A stretch of DNA of 64,000 nt from Octopus sinensis (GCF_006345805.1 NC_043006.1:73594001-73658000); one strand, 5' to 3'. Positions 1 to 14,063 are shown, counted from the first letter of the stretch. Translations and numbers: made by a program. Notes: generated by a model not told the origin, from the sequence alone.

Positions 1-847
1 CCGGTTAATGAAAAGAACTAAGACCTTGTTGTTACAGTGTAACCTACAGGCTTGGATGGCCAATTGGGAGAATCATTAGAGTGTCAGACAGAATTCCTTG
101 AGGCATTTAACTTGAGCCCACAGCGCTTTGAGTTCAAATTTCATCGAGGTCAACTTCATGTTTTTATTCTTTCGGGGGCATTTGAACGAGTAACATTTCA
201 GGACGGTGGATTGGCAGAAATGTAAGAACGTCTGACTATATGCTTTGCGATATTTCTTCCGATTGCTTGCCGTTAAGTTCAAATCCCGCCGCAGCCTGCG
301 TTGTTTGTAGATTTAATCGCTCGGTTTAATGCCACCATCAGGCAACTTGGATGACTTCAGATGGGTCAACTGTGAGGCAAACATTCGGGACAGGCTTTCT
401 CCCCCCACCTCACTCGGTAGCCGTGTGGAGATAATACTTTCCGCACCGACAAAAAAAAATTGATTATAAAACAAATATGAATCTTAAAGAGATCGCTTGA
501 GGGTATTGATTTTTATGCTCTGTATTTCGAAACTGGCGAAGACTGTCCCAGACTTAGCCACACACAAATAAGACAATTTTAGGACGGTATGTTTTAGTTG
601 TCTAACCATGACAAGAAGAACTCAACCAAACAATAATTCGAATAATTTTTACCTCGAATAGTTTTCGTACTATTTGTTATGCCAACAAGTTGCAAAGTAC
701 TTTTGCATCGACGAGACGTTGTTCGCAAACCTATGAACATGTCCTACCCCATCGAAAACATGAAAGCATACGGCACGATGAATCGGAGTGTTCCTTAATC
801 TGCAACAATTATAGAAACCGTTTTGATTATATATATATATATATATA

Positions 848-1089
<242 letters not shown>

Positions 1090-1835
1090 GAAATTACGAT
1101 GAACCCAAATTCATATAATTTGTTCCTACGTGCGTCTCGCCATTGTAGCTCTTTGGAACACTGCATTGGCTGTTCCAAGTGCAACTGGATGTCTAACCTC
1201 AACGGATCACCGGAGGACAATTTATTGAATTATGTTACAGAGATTTACAGAGAGTGTTGATTACAGAAGAGGTTAATTTCAAGAGAGTGTGCAAAAAGTT
1301 CATAAAAGAGATGAATGTATTGAGCTGATACCTGCTGAGCATGGTACCACCCACCCACACAGTTGTTAGTATAACGAAAATACAACTCAGAGGTGTATTC
1401 GGTGGATTGGACAAGAGTTTTCTCCTCAAAGTGTTCTTCAATATGTTTTCATAGATGGGATCTGTCTTGTTACCTATAGCGACCCCACTGAATTGTTCGT
1501 CAGAGAAGAAAAAGTCAGTTAAGGGTTAGTACGAATTTAGCTACGTGGAGAAGTGTGATAATTCTCGTTTTAAGGTTATCTACAAAGTATTTACGGGATG
1601 GATGAACGCCGATGGGGGTGGTGGTGACTGTTTAGAGTGTCATCCATACTGAAAAAGAGCGTTCACTGTCGATGGAGAAAAGAGGATGAGTTGAAGTTTT
1701 TAATTCATGAGGGCAGTGACGAAGAGAGATAGTATTTTGTCAAGGAATACAGAAAGAAATTCGGTTGGGCAGATAAAGATGGAGACGATGTAACAACCGG
1801 GATTTTTAGTTTGTAAATTTTGAGGACGATGCATT
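1090..1835 (-). pseudogene. Decayed Penelope-like reverse transcriptase (possible GIY-YIG remnant at left end)
   Basis: Minus-strand peptides NPGCYIVSIFICPTEFLSVFLDKILS and GGTMLSRYQLNTFISFMNFLHTLLKLT resemble PLE RT motifs; many stops and frameshifts. Confidence 0.6.
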
Positions 1836-2842
1836 AGGGGTGTATTTACATTAAGATTATATGACTCAATATAGAAAATAGATATTAGTCAATAGTCTCA
1901 AGGTACGCTTGTTACACCGACTTTCACTAATTGGTTACTTAATAACATCCAGGGTATTTATAATTGAAATAGGTTCCCCAGGCGACCATGGGGATCAATT
2001 TATCAGTTCCACTCCAAACTTCCATAATATAAATTTTCCCCGCTATACATATTAACGGCCAGACTACTTAATTACATTTCTTGGATCTGTAGTGTTCAAA
2101 AATACATGGATTATTCATAATGTGTCTTGTAAAAGACATTAAATAAATTGATATCAGTTATTTAGAAGTCATTAAACAGAGAAAAGGCCAGCGTTGGTGG
2201 CCTCATAAAATTTATGAGGCAATTAAATTAGGCTGATTTATCATACATACATACGTACTTACATATAGTGTTTCATTATATTTGAAGTAGAAGGTAGAAA
2301 TTATTGCTGAATTCAAACAAGCAAGCAATTAGTATAGACGATCTATTTAATATATCAAATATATCAAAATATATGTTCCTTAACCTATTGATTTTTGTTT
2401 GTCAATAAGTTTCAAATTTCGATTGGAAAATTATTATGATGCGAAGAATAATAATTTTTATGACTATAGATTCTACAAGTATAAATTAGTCTACATAGAA
2501 AAAAAAAATGACATACCAATTGCTATTATGCTTTCATGTTAAGTAGCAGTTGTTGGGAGGATTATGTTGGTTGTTGAGGCGGCTAGCAGGCGAAATCGCT
2601 CGTACGTCTGACAAAATGATTAAGAAAATGATTAACAACATAACAACATAAATTACGTTCTGAGTTCAAATTCCGCTGCTATCAGCTTTGCCCTTTCGAG
2701 GTCGCTAAAATAAGTAATTAGGACCGGGGTCGATGTAATCGACTTATTCACTTCCTCGAAATGTTAAGCCTTGTGATTATAATAGACATAATTATTGTGG
2801 TGGTTTTCAAGGCGGAGAGCTGGCAGATTCGCTTTACGTTCT

Positions 2843-3072
2843 GCGGCGAGCTGGCAGAGACGTTAGCACGCCGGGCGAAATGCTTAGCGATATTTCGCCT
2901 ACTGTTACGTTCTGAGTTCAAATTCCGCCGAGGTCGACTTTGCCTTTCATCCTTTCGGGGTCGATTAAATAAGTACCAGTTACGCACTGGGGCTGATATA
3001 ATCGACTTAATCCGTTTGTCTGTCCTCGTTTGTCCCTTCTGTGTTTAGCCCCTTGTGGGCAATAAAGAAATA
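2843..3072 (+). mobile_element. SINE family B, full copy
   Basis: GGCGAGCTGGCAGA head, B-box-like GAGTTCAAATTCC, tail AGCCCCTTGTGGGCAATAAAGAAA; many paralogues in window. Confidence 0.85.
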
Positions 3073-3379
3073 AAATTCGCTTTACGTTCTGAGTTCAAAT
3101 CTCGTCGACGTCAATTTTGCTTTTCTTCCTTTCGGCGCTGATAAAATAAAGACCAGCCATGTACTGGTGTCAATGTAATCGAGTGTCTCCCTCTCACTGA
3201 AATTACTGACGTTTTGTCAAAATTTGAAACTATTATTTCGGTTGTCGTCAACTCTAGTCACGTACAGAAAAATTCCAGTCGTGGCCATCCCGTCTTTATA
3301 ATTTCGTGCGGCAAACCGGATTAATGAATGTGTATTTCCTTTCTTAGATAATAAGCTGCATTTTGAGAGAGAGAGAAGG

Positions 3380-3798
3380 GTGTGGCTTCGGGTTCACTTC
3401 CACTGAGCAGCACCTTGAGAAAGTGTCTTCTAATGTAGCTCCGGGCCGACCAATGCCTTTTGAGTGAATTTTGAAGACAGAAACTGTGTGAAACTTCGTC
3501 GTATACACATATATACAAATAAAAATATATTCATACATACATGTGCATGTCTGCACGCGCGTGTGTGAGCGGCTGTGTATGTGCGCGTGTGAATGTGCTT
3601 GTTTATGTTGGTGTTTGCCTCCACTTACCGCTTCACATCTAGTGTTGGTTTGTTTACGTCACCGTAACTTAGCAAAACAAAAGGGACCTATAAAATGAGT
3701 ACCAAATGCTGGGATCGATTTATTCGACTTAACCCTTTAAGGCGGTGCACAAGCATGGCCGAAGTCCAACAGTCGAAACAAATAAAAGATAAAAGATT
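3380..3798 (+). mobile_element. SINE family C, degraded
   Basis: Same order of blocks as 33082-33484 (GAAAGTGTCTTC, GGCCGACCAA, GAAACTG, TTTACGTCACCGTAACTTAGC, AAGGCGGTG..AGCATGGCC). Confidence 0.65.
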
Positions 3799-3879
3799 TA
3801 AACTCAAACGACATCAGTTATGGCAACAGTAAAATTTGATAATTAGACTCTCTTTGGTGTTCTGTGTTATACCCAGCCT

Positions 3880-4230
3880 GGATATCCTCTGTAACATTAC
3901 AGATCCTGAGTAGCCTTTAATGAAGTCCCCTCTGCTGCAAGTCTTCAAACCAGGTCGCTTCCCTGAAAACAACCCGATCCCTTAATACACAGATTTCTAC
4001 TGTAATAACCAATTGAGTCGTACTTTCTTCTCATTTCAACAAACCTGGAAGGCCTACAAAAGTCCATAAGTGTTGATCATCCGCATATAACTTATCCATG
4101 AGTCCCCAATCATATATATTAACACAAGTTATGTATTTATCATTCCCTCAGCTTGAAATACCCTGCAAAAGACCATATCTTTCAACTTCCCTCTTATAAC
4201 CAAACCACAATCCTCCTTCATCTGTATCCA
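3880..4230 (-). pseudogene. Decayed non-LTR retrotransposon RT fragment
   Basis: Minus-strand KLYADD motif near 4075-4092; surrounding frame disrupted. Confidence 0.35.
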
Positions 4231-4322
4231 AAATCACTAGTTATATACCGAATCGTAGTTTTTCTAATCCCACTAACTCGGAACGCGTTGATCTTCCGTT
4301 TATAACTAAGCTACCCATGTCT

Positions 4323-5060
4323 ATTAACTCTCGGCGTATACTAACCCAGTTCAATCGACTCTGCACTTCCTCTTAAAATTAGTGTCCATGTACCAATGCT
4401 AGAATATTTTATGAATGTTTTAATGAGTTTCTTTATCTGATTGACATCGAAGAATCGTGTAGGTATATAGTTTTACTATAAATATTTATCAAATTGTGGA
4501 GGCGCAATGGCCCAGTGGTTAGGGCAGCGGACTCGCGGTCGTAGGATCGCGGTTTCGATTCCCAGACCGGGCGTTGTGAGTGTTTATTGAGCGAAAACAC
4601 CTAAAAAAGCTCCACGAGGCTCCGGCAGGGGATGTTGGTGATCCCTGCTGTACTCTTTCACCACAAACTTTCTCTCACTCTTACTTCCTGTTTCTGTTGT
4701 ACCTGTATTTCAAGGGGCCAGCCTTGTCACTCTCTGTGCCGCGCTGAATATCCCGAGAACTGCGTTAAGGGTACACGTGTCTGTGGAGTGCTCAGCCACT
4801 TATACGTTAATTTCACGAGCAGGCTGTTCCGTTGATCGGATCAACCGGAACCCTCGTCGTCGTAACCGACAGAGTGCTTCCAAAATTAACTCTCGGCATA
4901 TACTTACCCAGTTCAATCGACTCTGCACTTCCTCTTAAAATTAGTATCCATGTACCAATGCTATAATATTTTATTATGAATGTTTTAATGAGTTTCTTTA
5001 TCTGATTGACATCGAAGAATCGTGTAGGTATATAGTTTTACTATAAATATTTATCAAATT
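4323..5060 (+). repeat. ~172-bp direct repeat (4323-4495 and 4885-5060) flanking a SINE-A
   Basis: Two copies differ by about 4 substitutions and a 3-nt insertion and abut the SINE ends. Confidence 0.9.
4496..4881 (+). mobile_element. SINE family A, full copy (tail type 1)
   Basis: tRNA-like head with A box TGGCCCAGTGG and B box GGTTTCGATTCC; near-identical to 27526-27910. Confidence 0.9.
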
Positions 5061-5474
5061 TTTTCTTTGGTTAATGTTGCATAATTTATTTATATTCTAT
5101 ACTTTGAAAAAAAAGTTTGTACATCATATATTTAGTTTGCTTAACCGAAAAACGAAAAGAAATGCCAATAATGAACAAAGCAAAACAAAACAAAAGACTT
5201 GTTGAATATTCTAAGCAAAAACAAATCAAACACATCATAACTTTGTAAGTGTATCGTAGTGCAAGTTTCGATGACAACAGTTGACTAATCACACGTTTAA
5301 GGCAAAAAATATACAGAGGAAAAACATAAACAGAGAATATTATAATTCAGTTTATCCAGAAGATATTTACACGCTGCTTTTCTTAGTTCGATTTTGTAAA
5401 CAACACTGACGCTCAATATTTAGAGACGGAGTTCGTCTTCAACTGCCATATGAAGACCGAATAAGCTACAGAGA

Positions 5475-6005
5475 CGGGATCTTTTCGGTTGCCATCTGGA
5501 AATTTTAGAATTAAGGAAATTTTCAAACTTGGTATATTAATGGGATCTTTACCTTTTGACCTATAGATTTAAAAAAAAATTTTTGTAACTAAACACTTAC
5601 AAACTTCGGACACTGGTAGAATGTGTCATATAAAACATCTTTTACTCTTAGCATTTTTGAGAAAAAACTTATATTTACGAAGTTATTTCGTGTTAAAGTT
5701 CTCGTATTTCGGTAATTTCAACCAATCAATGACGTGCTTTCAGCTGAATAAAATTACTGCCGTTGTTTGTAAACAACAACTATCGGCGGTGTATTTTTTG
5801 TTTGTCACTGTTATTTATGACATCGTTCATGCGTTTGTACTGGTTTTAAGGTTTTAGGGTTAGGGTTAGGGTTTTAGGGTTAGGGTTGTCATAAATAACA
5901 GTGACAAACGAAATATACACCACCGGAAGTTCTTGTTGACAAACAACAGCAGTAATTTTATTTAGCTGAATACACGTCATTCTTTGGTGGAAATTACCGA
6001 AATAC
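5475..6005. mobile_element. Unclassified repeat with internal inverted repeat around TTAGGG hexamers
   Basis: Inverted repeat 5704-5822/5887-6005 around five TTAGGG units; start GGATCTTTTCGGTT and internal blocks shared with 49553-49964. Confidence 0.75.
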
Positions 6006-7837
6006 TACAATTTTCATGTTGATAAAATAAGTATCAGTCGAGCACTGAGGTCGATGTAATCGACTAGTCCCCTTTCCCCAAACTTCGGGCCTTGTGCCTA
6101 TAGTAGAAAGAATTTGTGGCAAAAATGAATCTCAGTTTCATAATTAGCATACAAAACTAAATTGGTATTCCCAATTTGAATACAAATAGAAGAAAGTCGA
6201 AAAAATACCAGATCTACAGAAAAGATCCCAAACTGTACGCACTTTGCAGTATCTTTCCTATTTGCAACTAACTGGAAAGAATTGGCGGGAGAGAAGGGAT
6301 ACAATTCTTAAGAGTGACGCGTTGGTGACATGATATGAAAAATATTCTCTTCAAAAGTTAGTTCGACACTATCCACCCTAGCAGCTTTCCCGCTTGAACA
6401 CTGTAGAATAAGATTATATTTTCGACGAAAAGCCGAAGCTGACAATTAAATTTGAATATCAGCTAGGAAAAGTTTGCATCTTTTACAACTATACAAAGTT
6501 TTTGCAAATAAAAGTTTTTGAAATTATTGTTATGTAACAATAAACCATAATGAGAGAGCAGCGTAACACCCCATGATCATAAAACAGGAAGAAGATTGGG
6601 TTGAAATAGCCACTGTCTAAAAGATAAAATATAAACGTAAAAACCTTTTGTAGATCACAATTGAAATGCCTTTCATCAAGACCTAGCTGGAGCTATACAA
6701 CAACAATAATAGCTGTTATTAATTTTTAAAAACTTCAAGACAGTTATTTCTTAAAACTTTAAGACAGTTATTATTTTTAAACTTTAAGACGTACATTAGT
6801 TGATTACTGTTGAGTTGCTTAGTGTTATCTTTTGTTTTTGTTTTTTTTTTGTATTATTTTTATTCGGCTTTCTTAGCTGACATTTTCTTTCAGCCTGTTC
6901 GCATATTTTCTTTATTTTTTTCCCCAAACAAACCAGACGGGAGAAAGTTTTCATATCAAATGTATAATTTATTGTGATTGAAGAGAAGACTTGTTTTCAT
7001 TTTTTAGTTTGTCATTTTATTTCCATTTATAGTGCATTAGTAAAATGGGGAAAAAAAATCCTACGCACACATACACAGCAAAACAAATACAAACTAATAT
7101 AAATTGGAAGATAAAATAAACAAACCAAAGTTCATAGAAAATGTTAAGTGTTATATTTATAATAAAAAGAGATTTAGAGATTGCACATTCGTAGAAATCA
7201 GCCATTATAATACCTTCGATGATGTTGAAAGCGCAGAGTGCTGGGGTAATGTTTACGTACTTTCTGATTCGTATTATGGTTCTGTGTTTTCTTGGTTCAT
7301 GTGTGTACGAAGTTCGAATCTTCCTGGAATTCATTTAAAATCAGTTTTAGTAACATACTAGTTCGATTTAATCAAATATATCCTCACAAAATAAAGTTTG
7401 TGTTTTGAAAACTGGTTTCAAGTTTCTAGCACAAGGCCAGAAAGTTCATCTGAGAAGTCTAGTCGGTTTAACTGGTACTTGATTTTATCGATCTCGAAAG
7501 GTGAAAGGCAAAGTCAATCCTGACTGAATTCGAACTCAGAATGTAAAGTCGGATGAAATGATGTTAATCAGGAACCGTTCAGTCAGCTTGTCGCCTTAAA
7601 ATTAAATTACAGGTCTCAAAAAAATTAAAATCAAGTGTTTGTGGCATTGGCAATAAGATTAGAAATTTTGAGGGGAGATGTTATTTGATCACATTGCTCC
7701 CAGTTCCTATTTTATCGCCTCCACGCGGATGAAAGACAAAGTTCATCTCGTTGGCTTGATATTCAGAACGTAAAGAACCAGAAGAAATATAGCGAGGCAG
7801 TTTATCCGACGCTGTAAAAATGCTGCCAATTCCAGAA

Positions 7838-8020
7838 AGGTGGTGTGCTGGTACAAACGTTAGCACGCCAAGCGGAATGCTTAACAGTATTTCATCTGTC
7901 TTTACGTTCTGGGTTCAAATTTCGCCGAGGTCGACTTTGCCTTTCATCCTTTCGGGGTCGATCTAATCGACTGGCCCCCTCCCCCCAAATTCCAAGCCTT
8001 GTACCTAGAGTAGAAAAGAA
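7838..8020 (+). mobile_element. SINE family B (short tail type)
   Basis: CGTTAGCACGCC...GGTTCAAATTTCGCCGAGGTCGACTTTGCC...GCCTTGTACCTAGAGTAGAAAAG. Confidence 0.8.
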
Positions 8021-8269
8021 TTTTTGCCAATTCCTTACTCTCGTTTATATATTACATATTAATAACAACAACGTCTGCTTTCTTCCATTTTACCTTTTCA
8101 AGGACAATTAACAAAGGTATATACTGAGAACGATGATAACGATTTTATATCGATCTCGCACCTGTGTAAAATGTGTCATTATATATAATGAAAACGTCGT
8201 TTTAATTCTCGTAGGTAAGAACGAGCTAGAAAAGCAACTTTAGTATATCAAGTGCGATATTATAATGGT

Positions 8270-8715
8270 TTCAAATTTTGGTACATAGTCGTCAATTTCG
8301 CAGGTATGGGGGCGTGTAAACCGATTACATCGACCCCAATACTCAGCTGGTATTTATTTTATCGACCCCGAAAGAAAGAAAAGCAAAGCCGGCCTTGTTG
8401 GAATTTGAACTCAGAATGTAAAGACGGACAAAATGTCGCTAAGCATTTTGTCAGCATGCTGACGACTCTACGAGCTCCCCGCTTTAAAGTGTGATATTAT
8501 ATTGGATTCAAATTTTGGTACCTGGCCAGCAAGATAGGGGCAAAGGCTAAGACCATTACATCGACCCTAGTGTTTAACTGGTACTTATTTTATCGACTCC
8601 GAAAGGATGAAAGGTAAACTCAACCTTGGCAGAATTTGAACTCAGAAGTAAAGATGGATGAAACGCCGCTAAGAAGTTTGCCCGACGCGCTAACGGTTCT
8701 GGAAACTTGCTGCCT
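8270..8715 (-). mobile_element. Two adjacent degraded SINE-B copies
   Basis: Reverse-complement matches to SINE-B at about 8270-8470 and 8500-8715. Confidence 0.7.
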
Positions 8716-10273
8716 TAAAGTGAAATATCTTTTCGAGAGGGAAGTACGGGTGGCGGTTTCCCCAAACACGAGTTATTTTACTAGATATTTTAGAATAATT
8801 TGTTCAACATCGGAATATTTTGATTTAGATCCCATAAAAATGAACAGTGCCAAAATTTCTCTCAGCTATATATTTGATTCACTCAAGAGCACGCTTTATC
8901 TTCTATGAAAGAAGAAAATCAATTGGTTATGCAGGAAGCTAGTTGAAATTTAAGTTAATAAAAGCATAGATTGTAATGTTAGGTGTATTTCAGAAGCTAT
9001 CACAAATTGATAGCGCCGATAAAATGAGTGCTCCAGAGAAGACGCTAATATGAGGCGCTGGTCTAGATCTGGAAGTATTAAAACGAACAATACATACATA
9101 AGCCTGGAGAGGATGCAGGGTCATAGCGAGCAAATTTTATGGACAATCTGATTCGTAATAATCTGCTGCTTGGTTTACTTAGACTCAGCAAACTATGATA
9201 TTTTTTGTCACGAAAACACAGTGATGTGATTCAAGTGAATATGAACTTATGACCCATGTTTCTGATGTGTTCTGATAGCTTACTTATTCTACTATGTTGA
9301 TGAAAGCATAAACCAAAGCAGTGCGTCTTCGACTGCCAAAACTACACGCAAGATACTAAAAAAATCGATAGATCGATATACAAAACAGTGTAAATCGATA
9401 TCAGATGTTATCAAAATATCGCTAAATTTAAAATAAAAGAGAGACCAGATGCTGTTTATATAGATATCGCATAGGTAAACATAAATAACTCTCTTTACTC
9501 TTTACTGTTTTAGATTTAGAGATTCTAGATATTTTGGCAATGTTTTCTATTTGCAAATGTCAGCTTCCCTCGAGAAGACTTATTGATTTCCTATTGGACA
9601 TTGGCTTCATTTGATCGACCACAACGCAAAACCAGTTTTTTTTTAGTGTTGTAGAATTGATTTAATGGTGGTACTGGTTCGTATTTTATTCATTCCAAAT
9701 GGATGCCCATCAAAGTTGTAGTCGTAAAAAAAAATTAATACTATAAAGCATTTAAGCAAGCGATCATCATAGATCGGGAACATAAATTTTCAGTCTAATA
9801 ACTTCAGAGATTAAATATCTTTTAATATTTACACCTACACAATGCGGCAATCACCGACATGTATAAGGGACCTTTATATCTAGATTAGACCGTAGGAAAC
9901 CACGGTCATTAGTGCGTTGGATTGCCTGCAAGCCAATATTTGTTTCGATACGCTATGAACTGAGTTCGAATTCCACTGCAGTTAATATTCATCTTTTTGG
10001 AGTCGATAAAATAGTACCAATATACGGTGGTGGATTGACAGGACTGATAGACCATCGGACAAGATACCTTGCGGTGTTTCTTATAGCTCTTTGCGTTCTG
10101 AAAGCAACGGCTGTAACAACACTGATGCCAAGATGTATCAGCCCTTAGGTGATAACCTGTCTTTAGGACAACATTGATAGCGTACAGAGGGGAGACAAGC
10201 ATGTATGGTATGGACAACTGTCAAAAGTACACACGAAAATGTATGATCAGCTCCGAGTGATAGAGATCCCTAA

Positions 10274-10281
10274 TGAGCTGT

Positions 10282-10376
<95 letters not shown>
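10274..10376. repeat. (TATC)n tetranucleotide microsatellite
   Basis: Direct reading. Confidence 0.95.
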
Positions 10377-10466
10377 CGAATATCAATAACAGGGATTCAA
10401 ATAACCAAAGGTCACATTAACCTCTCCGCCAAGTGCATGGCTAACAAGAAGGACTGTTATGGATAG

Positions 10467-10622
10467 AACAGATAAGAGAAATGAGGTGAGATAATTGATG
10501 CTTATTTCATTTGTTTACACCTGTTTCATAATCTTTTTAGCTAAATAACCAGCAAGATTACGAAACAGCTGTAAGCAAATGGATTAAACAGCTATTCCCT
10601 CATCTCGCTTCTCTTATCTGTT
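10467..10622. repeat. Short fold-back of an HHR 3' half plus tail (probable PLE pLTR remnant)
   Basis: Arms ~65 bp, spacer ~22 nt; right arm reads GAAAC-AGCT-GTA at 10562-10573, left arm reverse complement reads GAAAC-AGGT-GTA. Confidence 0.65.
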
Positions 10623-10840
10623 TACTCTCTCCCCCTCTCGCTCTATATATGTGCACGATCGTGTGTGTGTCTCTATCTGTGTATATAAGTATATATGAAC
10701 GTACTATGAATTAATTGAATAAGGAGTGAACAGGAATGATGTAATCAACTTCGAGTTTATGTCAAAAAACCGGAGACCCGGTGCAACTGAAGGAGAACAT
10801 TAGTAGAGAAATCAGGGAAGTGAGATCTGAAACTCTTGAA

Positions 10841-11208
10841 GGCGAAATGCCTAGCGGTATTTCGTCTGCCGCTACGTTCTGAGTTCAAATTCCGCCGAGG
10901 TCGACTTTGCCTTTCATCCTTTCGGGGTCGATTAAATAAGTACCAGTTACGCACTGGGATCGATATAATCGACTTACTCAGTTTGTCTGTCCTTGTTTGT
11001 CCCCTCTGTGTTTAGTCCCTTGTGGGTAGTAAAGAAATAGGTATTTCGTCTGTCGCTGCGTTCTGAGTTCAAATTCCGCCGAGGTCGACTTTGCCTTTCA
11101 TCCTTTCGGAGTCGATAAATTAAACACTAGTTGTGTACTGGGGTTGATCTAATCGATTAGCTTCCTCCCCCCAAATTTTGGGCCTTGTGACTAGAATAGA
11201 AAAGAATC
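10841..11208 (+). mobile_element. SINE-B tandem dimer
   Basis: First unit tail GTAGTAAAGAAATA is joined directly to internal GGTATTTCGTCTG of a second unit at ~11040. Confidence 0.8.
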
Positions 11209-11616
11209 TCTAGCTAACGCTGATCAAATTGATAAATTAAAGGCATTCCAGTCATGACCATTTCGCATTTTCTGGTCTGTATAGGATTACATGAATATAA
11301 ATGTTCTTTGCCTTTTAAAGATTTGAGATTTGTGTGATAGCGTGTGCCCGTATGTAATGATCTAGCGTAAATATATTTCAGTATAGATGTTGGAACCACA
11401 TAACCTCGAGTTCAATCTCGCTTCACGGTAATCTCGGAAATACAAATTCCAACATAACCTGGGGAATGAAATCTGATATACGCAAACTGGATGGGGCTAC
11501 ATTAGTGATTCAATTGACCAATCATGTCACACACTGTGTCACACAAAGTATGCTACACATTTTATGTCACATACAGTGTCAAACTGACTCTATTTGTGGA
11601 GGATCCGATTATGTGT

Positions 11617-11683
<67 letters not shown>

Positions 11684-11754
11684 TGTGTGTGTATGAGTAA
11701 GGTGACCAGCGAAAGAAAGGGCAGTTAACGCATTGATTGGGAGTTACATGTTTC

Positions 11755-11920
11755 TTCAAAACAGTTTGATTCGGATTCCGTGCTACTTCAAGTTTCGAAG
11801 TCCCTAACAAATTCTTTCCTAAGGCCGGTGGAAATCCGGATTTTCTCCGGCCTGAGAGGAGAGGCTCTATTAGGGGCTTCGAAGCTTGAAGTAATACGGA
11901 ACCCGAATCAATACGTTTTG

Positions 11921-11922
<2 letters not shown>
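11755..11922. repeat. Spacerless imperfect palindrome of two degenerate type I HHRs
   Basis: Centre TCCGGA at 11835-11840; plus arm CCGGC-CTGAGA-GGAG..CTTC-GAAGC-TTGAA-GTA; minus arm CCGGC-CTTAGGA-AAG..CTTC-GAAAC-TTGAA-GTA-GCACGG. Confidence 0.6.
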
Positions 11923-11975
<53 letters not shown>

Positions 11976-11984
11976 GTGTGTGTG

Positions 11985-12017
<33 letters not shown>

Positions 12018-12317
12018 TGTCACGCTTGGTGATATTGTTTTTGTGTCTCCTTTTGTCTCAAAGCCGTAGGGCGCCTGTGTCATCCATGTTTTTAACCGTT
12101 ACTGTCTCCAAAAAAGATTTTTTCGTTTCATGTTCGTCTCTGTTGCGTTGCATTCTTTCCTTCTGTGGCTGGCTGATTCAGAGCGGATCTCAGAATTAAA
12201 CAGCCGAAATCTGCGATGAGGAATCGGTTTCTGACTGAAGAACGAAGGCTTTGAATGACCCGTTTGTCTTTTTGTTCGTCCCTTCGTGTATTTCACGTTA
12301 TTTATTTATGTAAATGT

Positions 12318-12453
12318 TTATTATATATGTATGTATATATATGTATATATATGTGCGTGTATATATATATATGTATATACATATGTATATATATATATAT
12401 ATATATATGTATATACATATGTATATATATATAAGCATATACATATGTATATA

Positions 12454-12503
<50 letters not shown>

Positions 12504-12540
12504 CATATAAATATATGTGTATGTGTGTGTGTGTGTGTAC
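12318..12540. repeat. Degenerate (TA)n/(TATG)n array
   Basis: Direct reading. Confidence 0.9.
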
Positions 12541-13114
12541 GCGCGCGTATGTGTGTTCCTGGAATAACCAATCCTTTATTCTTCTATTCTGGTGAAGAAA
12601 AGGTAAAAAGAAAAACACATACAAGCCAGTATATACTAAATAAACTAACAAAATTTAGGAACATCTGAAAAATAATGTTTGAGAAATAACGATAGGAAAT
12701 AAAAATTGGTAACAAATCTTACAAAATTATTCGCAGGATAGAAATCTTTCCTTTTACGTTTTCGCATTTCAACAAATTGTTAGACTTATTATAGACACTT
12801 TGGCAGAATATGTATTATATTCAAGAATTAGAATTTGGTAAGACAAGCAGACTGGCACCAACTCAATATTTATATGATATATCAGGAAGAAAATACATTT
12901 TCCTAACAATGACACTTAATAAAAATGGGAAAATAGGAAACATAAATAATATCTATTATCAATCTGCCAAGTCTAAAAAGCAAAATAATCAATACTAGGT
13001 AATGTTTGTGAATGAATAAATTATGTTATGGAAATAAAATATATGAATTCCGGTGTATGTGCGCTTACACACACACACACACACACATGAATACACACGC
13101 ACATATATGTATGT

Positions 13115-13517
13115 ATACTCTTTACTCTTTTACTTGTTTCAGTCATTTGACTGTGGCCATGCTAGAGCACCGCATTCAGTCGAGCAAATCGACCCCAGGA
13201 CTTAGTATTTGTAAGCCTAGTAATTATTCTATCGCTTTCTTTTTGCCGAAGCACTAACTTACGGGGACGTAAGTGCACCAGCATCGGTTGTCAAGCGATG
13301 TTGGGGGGGGGGACAAACACAGATACACAAACATATATATATGTACATATATAAAACGGGTTTCTTTCAGTTTCCGTCTACCAAATCCCTCCACAAGGCT
13401 TTAGTCGGCCTGAGGCTATAGTAGAAGACACTTGCCCAAGGTGCCACGCAGTGGGACTGAAATCGGAACCATGTGGTTGGTAAGCAGGCTACTTACCACA
13501 CAGCTACTCCTGCGTCT
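13115..13517 (-). mobile_element. SINE family C, full copy
   Basis: Reverse complement of 33082-33484; (TAAAAGAG)n-like tail at left. Confidence 0.9.
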
Positions 13518-14015
13518 ATACTAAAGAGAATGTTACTAAAATTGAGGTCATTCCAGAAAGTAATTACAAAACAAAAATAAAATCATTATGGGCATGGCTC
13601 TATGACTAAGAAGCTCCCGTTTTGCCACCACGTAGTTTCAATGCACACACACAAACACACACACACACGTACATACACACACACGCGCACGCACAAACAC
13701 CCACTCACGCGCGCGCACGCAACAACGCACATGGTGTTTTATGACGTACACATATACGCACACCCACACATACACAACTCTATGCATGTGTGTGAGTGTA
13801 AAAAACAAATTGAAAATAACAATGCGAAAATAACATGAATGATAAAAGTTAGGAGTGACTGCGCAGTAAGAAATTGCCTCCTAAACACGTAGTTCTCGGT
13901 TCAATCCTATTGCGTGGGACTTTGAGCATGTGTCTTCTGCTCTTCTGCTATTGCCTCGGCCCGAATAGAGGCTTGTCAGTGGATATGGTATAGAGAATCT
14001 GGAAGAAGCCCGTCG

Positions 14016-14063
<48 letters not shown>

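Noticed and set aside
4499-4572. tRNA-like heads of SINE-A/B/C/D (also 27529, 33085, 50460, 60421)
   Set aside because: They have A and B boxes but no proper cloverleaf acceptor stem and run into multicopy SINE bodies; not tRNA genes
5843-5887. TTAGGG run as a chromosome end or fusion scar
   Set aside because: Only five units, embedded in a repeat family with a second member at 49.6-50.0 kb
7017-7361. ORFs of 85-105 aa and possible exons
   Set aside because: No recognisable domain, no convincing splice signals, AT-rich composition
12060-12300. CTGAAGA followed by an ACGAAGG/CCTTCGT stem
   Set aside because: No GAAA or NUH in the required position, so it cannot be called a hammerhead
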